Shown here in pieces: positions 26,201-39,185 of a DNA stretch of 64,000 nt (position 1 is its first letter; each line of letters begins with the position of its first letter). This DNA comes from Antedon mediterranea. Lineage: Eukaryota; Animalia; Echinodermata. A model generated the notes under the pieces. The model ran no database searches. It had not been told where the DNA came from and saw nothing but the letters and a program-made list of their open reading frames with translations. A program made the position numbers and the translations under genes. The stretch is taken from NCBI RefSeq assembly GCF_964355755.1, contig NC_092675.1:31034912-31098911 (forward strand), given 5' to 3'.

Positions 26201-29200
26201 TCTCTATTGACAAGTTTGACCTTCTGCTATATACATTAAATCTTAACTTTATATCCTGAAAATGTGTAGTTCTCATGAAACCAAACCACCAAGAAACATT
26301 AGATTACAATCTAATCATATCAGCCTCTAAGCCACCTGTCTTAAAGACCATATTTTGAATCTCGTGCACTTTCTGTAGCATCATGTGTAATTTTCTTGTA
26401 GAGAATGCGACTGAATTGCACGCAGTAGCAATTATCAAGAAAAACACAACAAGGTACTTCTTTTGCTCTGCAAGCTCAAACGGCAAGGGCTGGTTAAAAG
26501 ATGGTACAGAGGTGGACGATTCATTACAATCGTTTGAAGGTGATTATAGGATTCTGACGTTTACTGCCACCATGTTTAGTGATTCTGGACATTACACATG
26601 TGGTGACACATCGATCAATATCACTGTAGCAGGTACGTTTAATGTGTTGATATTAATGCCCAATCACTGTACACTAGCAAGTTTAATGTGCTGATAGTAG
26701 CATATTGTCAATATGACTGTCATTGTAGCAAACAAGTTTAATGTGCTGATAGTAACATATTGTCAATATGACTGTCATTGTAGCAAGTAGGTTTAATGTG
26801 CTGATACTAGTAGCACATTGTCAATATAACTGTCATTGTAGCAAACAAGTTTAATGTGCTGATAGTAGCATATTGTCAATATGACTGTCATTGTAGCAAG
26901 CAAGTTTAATGTGCTGATAGTAACATATTGTCAATATGACTGTCATTGTAGTAAGTAAGTTTAATGTGCTGATAGTAACATTGTCAATATGACTGTCATT
27001 GTAGCAAGGAGGTTTAATGTGCTGATAGTAGCATATTGTCAATATTACTGTCATTGTAGCAAGTAAGTTAAATGTGCTGATAGTAGCATATTGTCAATAT
27101 GACTGTCATTGTAGCAATTAAGTTTAATGTGCTGATAGTAGCATATTGTCAATATTACTGTCATTGTAGCAAGTAAGTTAAATGTGCTGATAGTAGCATA
27201 TTGTCAATATGACTGTCATTGTAGCAAGTAAGTTTAATGTGCTGATAGTAGCATATTGTCAATATGACTGTCATTGTAGCAAGTAAGTTTAATGTGCTGA
27301 TAGTAACATATTGTCAATATGACTGTCATTGTAGCAATTAAGTTTAATGTGCTGATAGTAGCATATTGTCAATATGACTGTCATTGTAGCAAGTAAGTTT
27401 AATGTGCTGATAGTAGCATATTGTCAATATGACTGTCATTGTAGCAAGTAAGTTTAATGTGCTGATAGTAACATATTGTCAATATGACTGTCATTGTAGC
27501 AATTAAGTTTAATGTGCTGATAGTAGCATATTGTCAATATTACTGTCATTGTAGCAAGTAAGTTAAATGGGCTGATAGTAACATATTGTCAATATGACTG
27601 TCATTGTAGCAATTAAGTTTAATGTGCTGATAGTAGCATATTGTCAATATGACTGTCATTGTAGCAAGTAAGTTTAATGTGCTGATAGTAACATATTGTC
27701 AATATGACTGTCATTGTAGCAATTAAGTTTAATGTGCTGATAGTAGCATATTGTCAATATGACTGTCATTGTAGCAAGCAAGTTTAATGTGCTGATAGTA
27801 GCATATTGTCAATATGACTGTCATTGTAGCAAGTAAGTTTAATGTGCTGATAGTAACATATTGTCAATATGACTGTCATTGTAGCAAGTAGGTTTAATGT
27901 GCTGATAGTAACATATTGTCAATATGACTGTCATTGTAGCAAGTAGGTTTAATGTGCTGATAGTAACATATTGTCAATATGACTGTCATTGTAGCAAGTA
28001 GGTTTAATGTGCTGATAGTAACACATTGTCAATATAACTGTCATTGTAGCAAGTAAGTTCAATGTGCTGATAGTAACATATTGTCAATATGACTGTCATT
28101 GTAGCAAGCAAGTTTAATGTGCTGATAGTAACACATTGTCAATATGACTGTCATTGTAGCAAGTAGGTTTAATGTGCTGATAGTAACACAGTGTCAATAT
28201 AACTGTCATTGTAGCAAGTAAGTTTAATGTGCTGATAGTAACATATTGTCAATATGACTGTCATTGTAGCAAGGAGGTTTAATGTGCTGATAGTAGCATA
28301 TTGTCAATATGACTGTCATTGTAGCAAGTAAGTTTAATGTGCTGATAGTAACATATTGTCAATATGACTGTCATTGTAGCAGGTAAGTTTAATGTGCTGA
28401 TAGTAACATATTGTCAATATGACTGTCATTGTAGCAAGTAAGTTTAATGTGCTGATTGATAGTAACATATTGTCAATATGACTGTTATTGTAGCAGGTAC
28501 ATTTAATGTGCTGATAGTAACACATTGTCAACATGACTGTCATTGTAGCAAGTAAGTTTAATGTGCTGATAGTAACACATTGTCAATATGACTTTAGCAG
28601 GTACGTTTAATGTGCTGATAGTGATACTAACTAATACTTAACAGTACTAGCAAGTTGAGCTTTTGTTTTCATTACTCGTCACTCAACTACAGTATGCAAA
28701 ATAAAGCCACTCTGCACATGCTCAGAATGACTTTTACTCTACAGCTGCATACCTTCTTGTATCTAGTCCAAAGAATTAAAATGTTTATAGATTGGAATCT
28801 GCACTATTTTGTATTAAAATACAAATTCAACTCTCTCAATACCAGACTTTATGTAAATCAGAAACTCTCCAAATCAGACTTTTTCTTTTACCATTAAGAT
28901 CACATTCAGACTACCAGCCTTTGTGGCTCAGCAGCCTAAGTTGACTGTAATTGTAATAGTTGTTCGATTCTCAAAGCAATCGTTTCATTTTAAGAAATCA
29001 ATTAAATTGTTCATTAACTAACAATTTAAATGTATTGCTGTACATATTGTTCTTTAAGAATTACCAGTTTTAGATGTTACCTGTTATTCATATGCTCCTA
29101 AAGAAAACTACTGTAGTTTGTCACTAGTTTCTTCAACAAACTTGCCAACACAATATGAATGTAGTTATAGTCGAAGCAAGTAAGTTTACCATCAGTTTAA

Positions 29201-32200
29201 TTCTAATATTAATATAAGAACCATTTCTGATTTGGTCACTTTGGTCAGTGATGTTAATCAATAACATTATTTATAGTCTGACCAAAAACATCCAAATAAT
29301 ACATTCATGTTTTCTTCCCCAGGAATGTGACCTATGACATTTAATTCCTTATATACCTGTTAAGTTAAAGTTAAAATTGACTTTGATGTACACTGTGTAT
29401 TATAAAAAAGATTGTTTATTTATAAGATGAAATTATTATTTTTCTTTCAGTGGTAATGGTAAAGCAACATCTGCAACATTGACTAATAGTGACATTAGTC
29501 CTATCTGCAATTTCTCAGGTGCTATAGACATTACTTATAATGTTTATGTTACAAGTCACAATGTCCTGGGTAGTACTACTACAACATTAAAACTAGAGTT
29601 TGAAAATTCACGTAAGTAATACATTGTTCTGATCAAGCATCAATAAGGCGTCATGTCCAAATGTTTCCAAACGTACAAACCGCGTCAAACGGTCACCGTT
29701 GATAGCTTGATCGTTTAACGCGTGCAACGATCGTAAAAGAGCTAATTAATTTATGCATTTAGTATTGTACCGCCCACTGTAATTGTTTAGCCGTTAGCGT
29801 TAAACGTCGTTTGTTTTAAAATGTCTATGTGTCATCGCCTTTAGAAGCATGGACAATACACACAAACAATGTATTGTTCGCTATTTAAAATCCTATTTAA
29901 AGACGTCAATTTTTGTAGCCGCCCTACGCATCAGTTTTCCTAATTTGGCCGGAAACATCAGCCGACGAGACGACATCGGGCCCGTGGACCTCAGCTCACA
30001 CAGAGAAAGTTCAGCCTAGCCTAGTTTCGGCGGCCTACACTATAAATTATTTAATCGTACCTTGGGTTAGCGAATTATAAAAACGACACCTAGGCTAGGA
30101 CACAAACAAAATATATACAAAATAAATATATATTCCATGTTAAGATTTACCAGTCATAGGCCTTTTAAATGATTAATATATTGTGTAAAGAAAAAGGCCC
30201 GACCAGAATTTGGAGTGGGAAAAACCATGGAAAAACATGCGAGTGGATCGGAGTCTGGGAACAGTTTAGATATAAATAGAGGAAATTCAGGTACACAATC
30301 TTAAAATTACTGTTTTCAGCATCCACCACCCTCTAATCAGGGAGTTGTAAAATATAATTTTACAACTCCCTGCTCTAATGGACGGCCGGCCGTACTGAGT
30401 TAAAAAATATCATGTTAGAGGTTGAGGTAAAACATCGAGTAGTATCGCGTTTCATGCCAAAAAAACCAGGTCTGTATTAATTACGGTCTTCTCTGTCGGC
30501 AATCTTTTTGAGCGACTTGAACGTTTTGATACCATATTTAGAATGAATGTTTTACCATCTTTTTTGTGGGCATCGTTTCTGGATCGACGGATGTTCGATC
30601 GCGAAGATCGCATCCACAATGGATTAACGCGATCTTTTTTTTACAGTATACAGTTAGGCCTATTTACTTGTACTTTTCAAATGTGCAAAAGTTTTATGTC
30701 ACAAAAGTGTCTGGTTTTACAGTATTATATTATGCTAGTAAATTCTAACGACGACAAAGCTCAAAAGCCTTCACATTCCTTGTTTAATAAGTATAATAAT
30801 AATTATTATTGGAAAAATAGCCAATGATTTATATATTTATTTTCAAGAATATTTTACGAAGCTGATCATTAGGGACCCTCACAAAATTACAATGACGAGA
30901 CATATATAACAATAAAAATTAAATTAAAATAAATCAAATTTATAAAGATAAACAAAATAAAATAAAGCACAAAAATAGAATCAAACATTAAATGAATTCA
31001 ATTAATGATCAGTCATCTTTTCAACGATCTAAATAAGATTACCGACCGACAGAATTTGAAGTAAAAACATATGAGCGCTGTGAACAGGAGGAGAAAGAGG
31101 ATATCGCGTGACCAACATCTAGGTACTTGTTTACCTTTTTATGTTATCGGCCTGCAATCTATGGGCGCGCGAACACCGACGGTCGGCCGAGCATTCACTG
31201 CTGCTATTTTTAGAAGACCTTTTTTTTTTATCGATTGGATACTAAAACTGTAGACGTTCGCTAATGCATTTAGAAGTGAGATGTGAATAGTTCACCTGTG
31301 GCGTGGCACATCGTTTTGCTATTGTCTCAGGTGCTTAGTTCATCGTATGAACTTCCTAATGATATTTTCAGTCGGCTATGTAAAAGAAAGCAACTAAAAA
31401 ACATTCCAGGCCCCTGTTTATTATTAATATTAAATTATTTATTGAGGTTACGAACTTATAAACATTTTAGAATGATGTTTGAGATCGGCACCCCTGGAAT
31501 ACAATTCAGCTACAAACTCTCTTAATTAAAAGGCAAACTGAAACGGGAATTATTTGGGCCTGTTTGTGATGACTCATCGTTAAACGACGTTCACGAAGTG
31601 ATTCGCAACGACGTTCACGAAGCGATTCGCAACGACGTTAAATGATTCGTAAAAATCAGTCAAGCATGTTAGTGGGCGGAACTATTACAAGCTATGCATA
31701 TTGTCCATTTTCCAAACGGTGTGACGATTTTAGAATTTTCACGCTAACGCTAAAACAAAAGAAAACGCGATTAACGAGCTTTGTCAGTTTGAAAACATTT
31801 GGACATGACGCCTAACAGCAATATTTTTTGATTAAATTTTCAATTTAATTCAAATATTCATAAATAGAAATTAATGAGTTTATTAATTATAGTTATTAAA
31901 CATTTTTTAATTTCTGATACTTCAAAATAAATTAAACAATATTTGAATTGAACTAAAATTTTCCCAGAAACAATCAGATTTTGGTTTATAGATCATTGCA
32001 GCCAAGTTTGGGTAAAAAAACGAATTATAATTCTGAATATCACTTTCAGGTTTGGTAACAAAGTAACTCTTGAGTAGTTAGTTGTTTTTTATTTCGGTTT
32101 TTGTCAAAATTATCAGTTGTATTTAGTTTTAAGGTTAATTTGTTTCATGGTTTTTCTCAAGCACTTTGAGCACTTCTGTGGATATGTCCGCTGTATAAAT

Positions 32201-35200
32201 CTTATTATTATTATTAGTTTTCTTGTTTATGCTAAATGTTGATTGATATCAAAATTCAGAAATTTTAAACAAATTGATTTAAAATGAAATTAATGTGATA
32301 ATGTGTTGCTGATTTATTTTAGGAATTCCTCACACTCCTACAAAGTTGATGCTAACCGAGCCCAAGACTGACCCATTAAGTAGTACTAAAAAATTGAAAA
32401 TAAGTTGGAATCTTCCTAAAGGCTATGATAACAACACGGCTCATTTCTTACAATACAAAGTTCGCTTCAAGGCAGGCAGTGTCAGTTGGAATAAATCACA
32501 AGAGGTATATTAATTAAATTATTATTATTGGTTTTTATAGAATGTTAATCTATGTCATTAAAACAAATTAATTTCCAGGATCCATGAATTACTACAGTGT
32601 GTTCCTTGGTACTTTCTGGACTTGACTACTGCAATCCTTCATTACACTTGATCATGTGAAGCACTCAGTAACCATGCACTTGAATAGGCAAACAATGTTT
32701 GTTTTATATTATAACATTTAAACACACCTACATACTGTTGTTCTAAAGTAAACTTGTATTCCATTTGTTCTTACCATCTTCCAATTTTGCAGAAGGCTAT
32801 GGCAGAACTTGAGTTTTGGATTGGGTACAGAACACTCTAGTTGTCAAGTTGTGATGTCATCTATTGACAAATAGAATATATTATATTATTGAATAATATA
32901 ATTTGACTGTCAATGCTTAAAAATAGTAGATTTAGACTTGATCATGTGATACCATTCAACCAATCACTAGACAGTAAATTTTGCACTAGGATATAATTAT
33001 TGTTTAAGCTATTATTGTTTCTTACCATTTTATGATGAAACTGTAAATTTGTTTTACTCAATTGGTTTCTCATTGTTTTCTTTAGTTAAAGAAGGTAATA
33101 GGTGATCGATTTCAAGACATTCCAAATTTGGATCATTACACAACTTATTATGCACAAGTTAAAGCAGCAACGTCAGCTTATGATGTATATAGTGATTGGT
33201 CTATGATTGTAAATTGCACTACATCAGAAGGAAGTAAGAAAAATAACCATTTTTGTAATAGTGAAAAATGTGTATGTACAAATTAGAATAAGGATCTTTA
33301 ATAAGCATAACTTAATGCCATTTATAGTTTACATTTACTGCACAAAAAAAATAAATGTTGATGCCCGGTGTGTGCCAAGTTTGTACATTTTGAAAAACTA
33401 AATTCAGACATATGTGTCCGATGTAGTGTTTGTTCTGTGTAAAGCTTTATGAAATAAATATCCATTCCAAACACCTTGATTCATATTATTATTTAGAACC
33501 AGAAAATCCGGTTAAAATGGACTATACGCAGAAACTGACAGATAATGGAAGAGACATCACTATCCTCTGGGAGGTATGCTATTGCTCCAATTTTGTAAGA
33601 CAAATTGATGACTGCTAATAGCTCCAGTTACCAGCATTGTAGTTTATGCATATAGATATGGAATGATAATACTATTAAAAACAATGTATAAAGCTGTCTA
33701 CACTATCAAACTAGTTTAACAAAAAAAGTGTGATGTACCCAAATATGGTAGTGATATGCCAAAATATGGTAGTGATATGCCCAAATATGGTAGTGATATG
33801 CCCAAATATGGTAGTGATATGACATGTCCATATATGGGCACATCACATTTTGTTGTCACATAAAGTTTGATAGTGTAAACAGAGTTCAACTTTATCATTT
33901 ACTGTACAAATTTATTTATGATAAAAGTTGAGTGGAGTTTGGTGATAAAGATGCTTGCCTATTGGTACCAGAGTCCAGAGTTTAAATTCTTTCAGAACAG
34001 ACTTTGTTTTAAGTAGAACATAGCATAGTTTATATTTATCCTGTGAACAGGGTTGAGATTTGCTACATTTATTTGTGTTATAAAAGTGATATAATAATTG
34101 AATTAAATTACCTAGAACCCTTATATTATTATTTAGTTATGAATCTTGTACTGTGGAATTGAATTTCACATTTTTCAACAATTTGTATAATTGTGCGTAA
34201 GCCTGATAAATAACAAAGGATATGTTTATAGCCTTTAGATGAAAAAGGTGCAAACGGAAAAATTGTAGCTTATTATTTAAGCCTTGGCAATGAACTGCAT
34301 CATGTACTAGAATCCAACATATTACCAGCTGAAAGAACTAACTTTACATTTAAAGGTAATTAAATTGCTGTAAAGCTCTGTCTACAGTATCAAACTAGTT
34401 TGACAATAAAAAGGGGTAGTGATATTCCCAAATATGGTAGTGATATGACATCATCATGTCCATATATGAGCACATCACATTTTGTTTGATAGTGTAGACT
34501 GAGCTTTAGTTTAAAGCCATGATAGGACTTGAGGAGTAATCTCGAGATGCACACTGTCAAGATGCCTATATTCAGTTTTAAGCTCCTCTCCCTTATTCTA
34601 CTATTTTAAAATATCTATGTAAGTTTGTTTATCACTGGTTTTTAGTAGTACTGTAATTTTGTTTAGCAACAGCTTTTAACAAATAAATTGTTTTTTATGT
34701 TTTATTAAGATTTGGAGAAGAACAAGGCGTATTATGCAAATATCACAGCCGCTAATTCAGTTGCAAATTCAACTACAACTACACTATTTATTAAGGCTGA
34801 ACCGTACTCAAATGGTAAGTATTACAGAAGAAAAGAAACGTGCTTCTCAAATTTAAATGAAAACTGTAAAAAGTGATTTTGGAATAAATTTTGAGTTAGA
34901 CAGAAATATGTTGATTAATGTTTTCTATAAACTTTTTCCACAATGACCTTAATCTCAATCCTTGGGTCATTGTCTTTTATGTCACACTGCTACTGTTATT
35001 ATTTTCTAACTTTCTTAGAGGCTGTGATTTTAGTTGTTATCATTGGCTTAGTGATTATCATAGTAGCTGCAATTGCCTTTTTATGCTGGAATAAACTTGT
35101 GAAAGCTGACTGTATGCAGCCATTGCCTGAACCAAACTTCCTAGACCTTGCGTTATACACAGTAAGCACATTTGTATTATCACAACAACAAGCACACATT

Positions 35201-36883
35201 GACTTGTTTGTTGTAGTTTGAGATACCCATTAACACAAACCTTGTATGAGGATTGGTGTTGACACTGTTAGGAGAATCATGATTTGAACCTAAGACCCTG
35301 GGTTAAACATAATAAACCACTATAACTCCCTCCTGTTGACAAGCTTTTAACTTGAAACAATAGTATGAAATAATTAATTTGTCAGATGTAATTTTTAACT
35401 ATATACCATTAGTACATAAGAACACTTGCAAACAAGTAATTGTTAGGTGGGACTCGCACCCACGACCTCCAGGTCACGACCTCCAGGTCACGACCTCCAG
35501 GTCACGATTTCCAGGTCACGACCTCCAGGTCCAGGACGCTACTCCACTGTAGTAAAATTTAATAAGAAATAATCAAATTGTATAAAAAAAGTTCATGTTT
35601 ATTAATTAACTTATAATAATTGGTTTCACTTCCAGTTTGATATATCTGAAAGTCAATACGAGACCATTGAATGTCGTCATGAGGTGTTTGACGCCCTGAA
35701 GTGTGAGAATCCACCAGAGACCATTGAATGTCATGAGGTGTTTGACGCCCTCAAGGTTGAAAACCCACAAGATACAGATTTGATAACGTTTAATAATGAT
35801 GTCATCATTCAGCCAAAACAAGTTCAGTTACCTCCTATTGACATATTTGACAGTGGTCTTGATGAATTCAGAAACATGGAAAGCTTTCTCAAGAAAATCT
35901 CACCACATGAAGACAATTCACAAGAGTCTTATTTTAATCTATCGTTGAAGAAATTATCTGCGAAGTGCAAAAGCACTGACTTGCCTGATGGATTTAATGC
36001 TCCTCACACAAAGAAATATGAAGATCCAACAACGCAGATAATGACAGAGGGTGCATCTGATGGATATGCCAGAATGGATTCAACTCGCAGCATGTCAGAT
36101 GCAAACCATAAAAATGAGGATGATATCAATGATTACGTAAAACGAACATTTCTTCCAGGATGCTCCGGTCAATGTGACAACTCTCCAACTAAACAAACAA
36201 TCCATAGCGGTTATGTCGACAGTCGCCAGTTACAGCAGCTAACAAAAGTTTCACCTAGCAGCCCTTCGAAGAACATGACAGCAGTTGCACAGTGTGATGG
36301 TCAGACAGACTTAAGTGAAGAAGGTTCTGGTTATGTTCTGTCATCAATGATGTCAACTCTCTCTGGTACATCTGTTTCACTCGAAGAAGAGGGCCCTGAT
36401 GATGTTTTTAGATACCCAGAAGAAACTGGTGATGCTGTTGAATCTGGAGAAACTGCATCATCTCCAAGAATAGAAAATGATTCGTTACTCAATGAAAATA
36501 GACTTGGTACAGAGTGTTCCGGTGCAACAGGAATTGGTGTACATCCACAAGAGGCTTCTAAAAGGAGGTGCCAACCTAATCCATGCTTGCCATCTTGTAA
36601 AAATGACAGTGACAATAACCAGAATGGTTTTACGCATAATAATCCTGGAATGGGAGACCAATTGCCAGATACACAAAATAATATGCACACAAATATTCCT
36701 TTTCGTAGAAATATATCGCCGCAGTCTTCAAATTACGAGTCAACATCCACACAAAACTTGATTTGTGAAAACCAAGAGTTGGCGATGACACAAACTAGTC
36801 CAGCGATAAATCATAATAGTAGAGCTATAACCCCTGATAACACTGGGTATGTACCATTAAGTAGTCTTGGTAGTCCAAAGTGA
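20250..36883 (+). CDS. Type I (class I helical) cytokine receptor, gp130/IL-11R/domeless-like
   Basis: In-phase exons: 20250-20334 (signal peptide), 25184-25384, 26402-26632 (Ig: C..W.KDG..DSGHYTC), 29059-29179 (VTCYSY..YCSL..LPTQY), 29451-29611 (YNVYVTSHNVLGS), 32323-32504 (LKISWNLP..LQYKVRF), 33086-33233 (YSDWS), 33497-33573, 34232-34355 (ANGKIVAY), 34710-34814, 35019-35161 (TM plus Box1-like QPLPEP), 35636-36883 (cytoplasmic tail with several GYV/GYA motifs). Confidence 0.88.
21608..23207 (+). mobile_element. 5'-truncated, decayed LINE (Rex1/Babar/L2-like reverse transcriptase) in receptor intron, split by a Kolobok-like insertion
   Basis: TGAPQGCVLSPLLF, KFADDT, LELNAKKTKEVIVDFRR, KY*GLIIDNKLNW and HPLH..SGR motifs with stops/frameshifts; aataaa plus (tatcttg)n tail. 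Confidence 0.9.
21766..22391. mobile_element. Kolobok-like non-autonomous element, TTAA TSD
   Basis: Inverted near-identical copy of 7547-8172, flanked by TTAA on both sides. Confidence 0.87.
24359..24527. repeat. Tandem repeat, 41-bp unit, 4 copies
   Basis: aaatagattgtagtgctatgtcttcttgagttgagttactt repeated. Confidence 0.93.
25417..25660. repeat. Tandem repeat, about 20-25-bp unit (cagttgaccttctcatttacatata), about 10 copies
   Basis: Directly visible just after the exon donor at 25384. Confidence 0.92.
26675..28622. repeat. Minisatellite, 55-bp unit, about 35 copies, abutting the Ig exon donor of the receptor
   Basis: Unit gtttaatgtgctgatagtagcatattgtcaatatgactgtcattgtagcaagtaa. Confidence 0.97.
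29647..31812. mobile_element. Non-autonomous PIF/Harbinger-like DNA transposon (TIR ggcgtcatgtccaaatgttt, TAA TSD)
   Basis: taa|ggcgtcatgtccaaatgtttccaaac ... gtttgaaaacatttggacatgacgcc|taa; no convincing transposase ORF inside. Confidence 0.85.
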
Positions 36884-38352
36884 ATGAGTGCAAAGTGTAA
36901 AGAATAGACAGACACGTTGTGTGAGGCTAAGTGAGAGACCGTTTATTGTATGTAGTGTCTTTGTATAGAAATATACACAGGTGGTATGCAAATGAAATAC
37001 AGTAGTGCCTGCCATATTACATAAAGGACCTAGTTGAAATAATGTTTACTTTCAAGAAATAACATATAAAATGTTTATGAAAGTGAAAGAAAATAAGTTC
37101 TTGTTAATATATTTGCATAAAAAACAAAGTGCACATATACAATAATATATGTGTGCTTAACTGTAGTACGTGAATGGCAAATTTTTTAATTTATATTAGT
37201 TTTTACTGCTTATAGTAGTAATTATAATATGTTACTAAATGTTGTACATATTTTAGTCCTTGTAAAATAATTTAAAAAATTGTTTAAAACTTTCTTAAGG
37301 TCTAAGAGACCTAAATTGTTTTCTACCATGCATTCCAAAAACTTGACCAGTAAATCAGCCATTGCCTCTAGTTTAAGGATAGCTGACTGTATACCAGGCT
37401 TACAGGCTTGTAAGAATTGAGTATGGTTTAGTAGATTCCAGTAGAATTGAATTTCTATGTAAACTTTTCTTTCTTTACTAAAACAATGCATAATTTCAAA
37501 TTCTTTGTTACCGAGCTGTATGGTTATTTTATATACTGTATTAGCACAAAATAAATACATTATTTTTATATAGCAATATTTTATTTTTGGAAATAAGATT
37601 TAATGGCACAAAAAAATTGTTTAATCTTTATAATTGTGCAATACTGTAAAGGTCTATGCATGTAGGGCCTAGTGTATTGTAAATGTCGTGCTTTTTGTGT
37701 TGCTAGTAGTGTTAACCATAATCCTCTTTATATATTAAGAGAACAAATATGAATACAAGTTGACTAAAGCTCTGTCTACACTATCACATTTTATGTGACA
37801 ACAAAATGTGATGTGCCCATATAGGAACATAATGATGTCATATCAATACAATATTTGGACATATCACTACTATATTTGGGCACAGTTTAGTACAGTGGGA
37901 AAATGCTATGCTCCAACAATTGTTGCATTAACTCCCCATCAGTCCTTATGGCAGACACTTTGCCTCTCCATCCAGGTGTACAAATGGGTACCTGGTAAGA
38001 TCACAACTACACTGATTACTAGCTATGTGTTTGGTCCAAAATTACCAGGGTAATAATGTTTATACAGTACAGAATTATTATTGAATAACAATATAAACTA
38101 TTATTAAATACTTACTTACTTAGTCCAGGATTATTAAATGCATGTATGTAATTGTAAACTAATTGATAAAGTGATGCTTTGTAATTCATGGTGGAAACAG
38201 ACATTTGTAAACTGGCTGGTTATACAGTTGTAAATATGTTATGTTTGTATATGTTTTTATAGCCTCTTATGCAGTTTTACCAGTGGTGCTACAAGAGCCT
38301 CACCAATTTCATATTGTACACAGCATAGAAATCCATTAGTGGAAAAATCAAG

Positions 38353-39185
38353 AAAGAATTTCATTTAGCTTCGATTTTGTATAGATGACAAATTTCGTTT
38401 TTGTAAAAGCACAAGTTAACGGAGTACTTACTCGAACGTTTCGATCTCTATCAGAGATCCTTCTCAACTGACTGCGGAGTGTTAATGCAGCTTGGTCATT
38501 CTTGACGTCATCTGTTGATGACGTTGTACGCCTCCGGTTGTAGGTTGGAGGTTGGTTTCCTACCCCAAAATAAAATCAAGAATAGCCTCGTCCACCCAAA
38601 AGATAAAATCGAGAAGATGGATACATGTGGAGTAATCTACGAAGTCACCTGCCGCAACTGTCCACAAGTTTACATTGGGGAAACAGGGAGGGCATTACAA
38701 ACACGAATTAATGATCACAAAAAAGATGTTACAACAAACACGGGGGGAGTAATGACTAGGGCCTCCAGAACATCCACATCTTCGATCATACACAAATCTG
38801 CCATTACAGAACATGTCATAAAACACAATCATGTACCGAACTGGGAGGCTACCATCTTAACCAAAGAGCCTAAACGCAAAGACAGACAGATTAGAGAATC
38901 ATTACATATAAGGAGAAATAAAGAGAAGACCATGAACCGGGACACTGGAGCCCACGAACTCTCGCATTTGTACAATGATTTGATAGACACATCACCTGGC
39001 CGAGCCCCGCACAACCTCCAACCTACAACCGGAGGCGTACAACGTCATCAACAGATGACGTCAAGAATGACCAAGCTGCATTAACACTCCGCAGTCAGTT
39101 GAGAAGGATCTCTGATAGAGATCGAAACGTTCGAGTAAGTACTCCGTTAACTTGTGCTTTTACAAAAACGAAATTTGTCATCTAT
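38353..39185 (+). mobile_element. 5'-truncated Penelope-like retroelement: GIY-YIG endonuclease flanked by inverted pseudo-LTRs
   Basis: ORF 38515-39084 has GVIYEVTC..C.QVYIGETGR.L..R..DH, SAITEH, R..RESLHI, MNRD.G. Perfect 174-bp inverted repeats at 38381-38554 and 39012-39185; target duplication (t)ggaaaaatcaag at 38340-38352 and 39185-39197. Confidence 0.92.
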
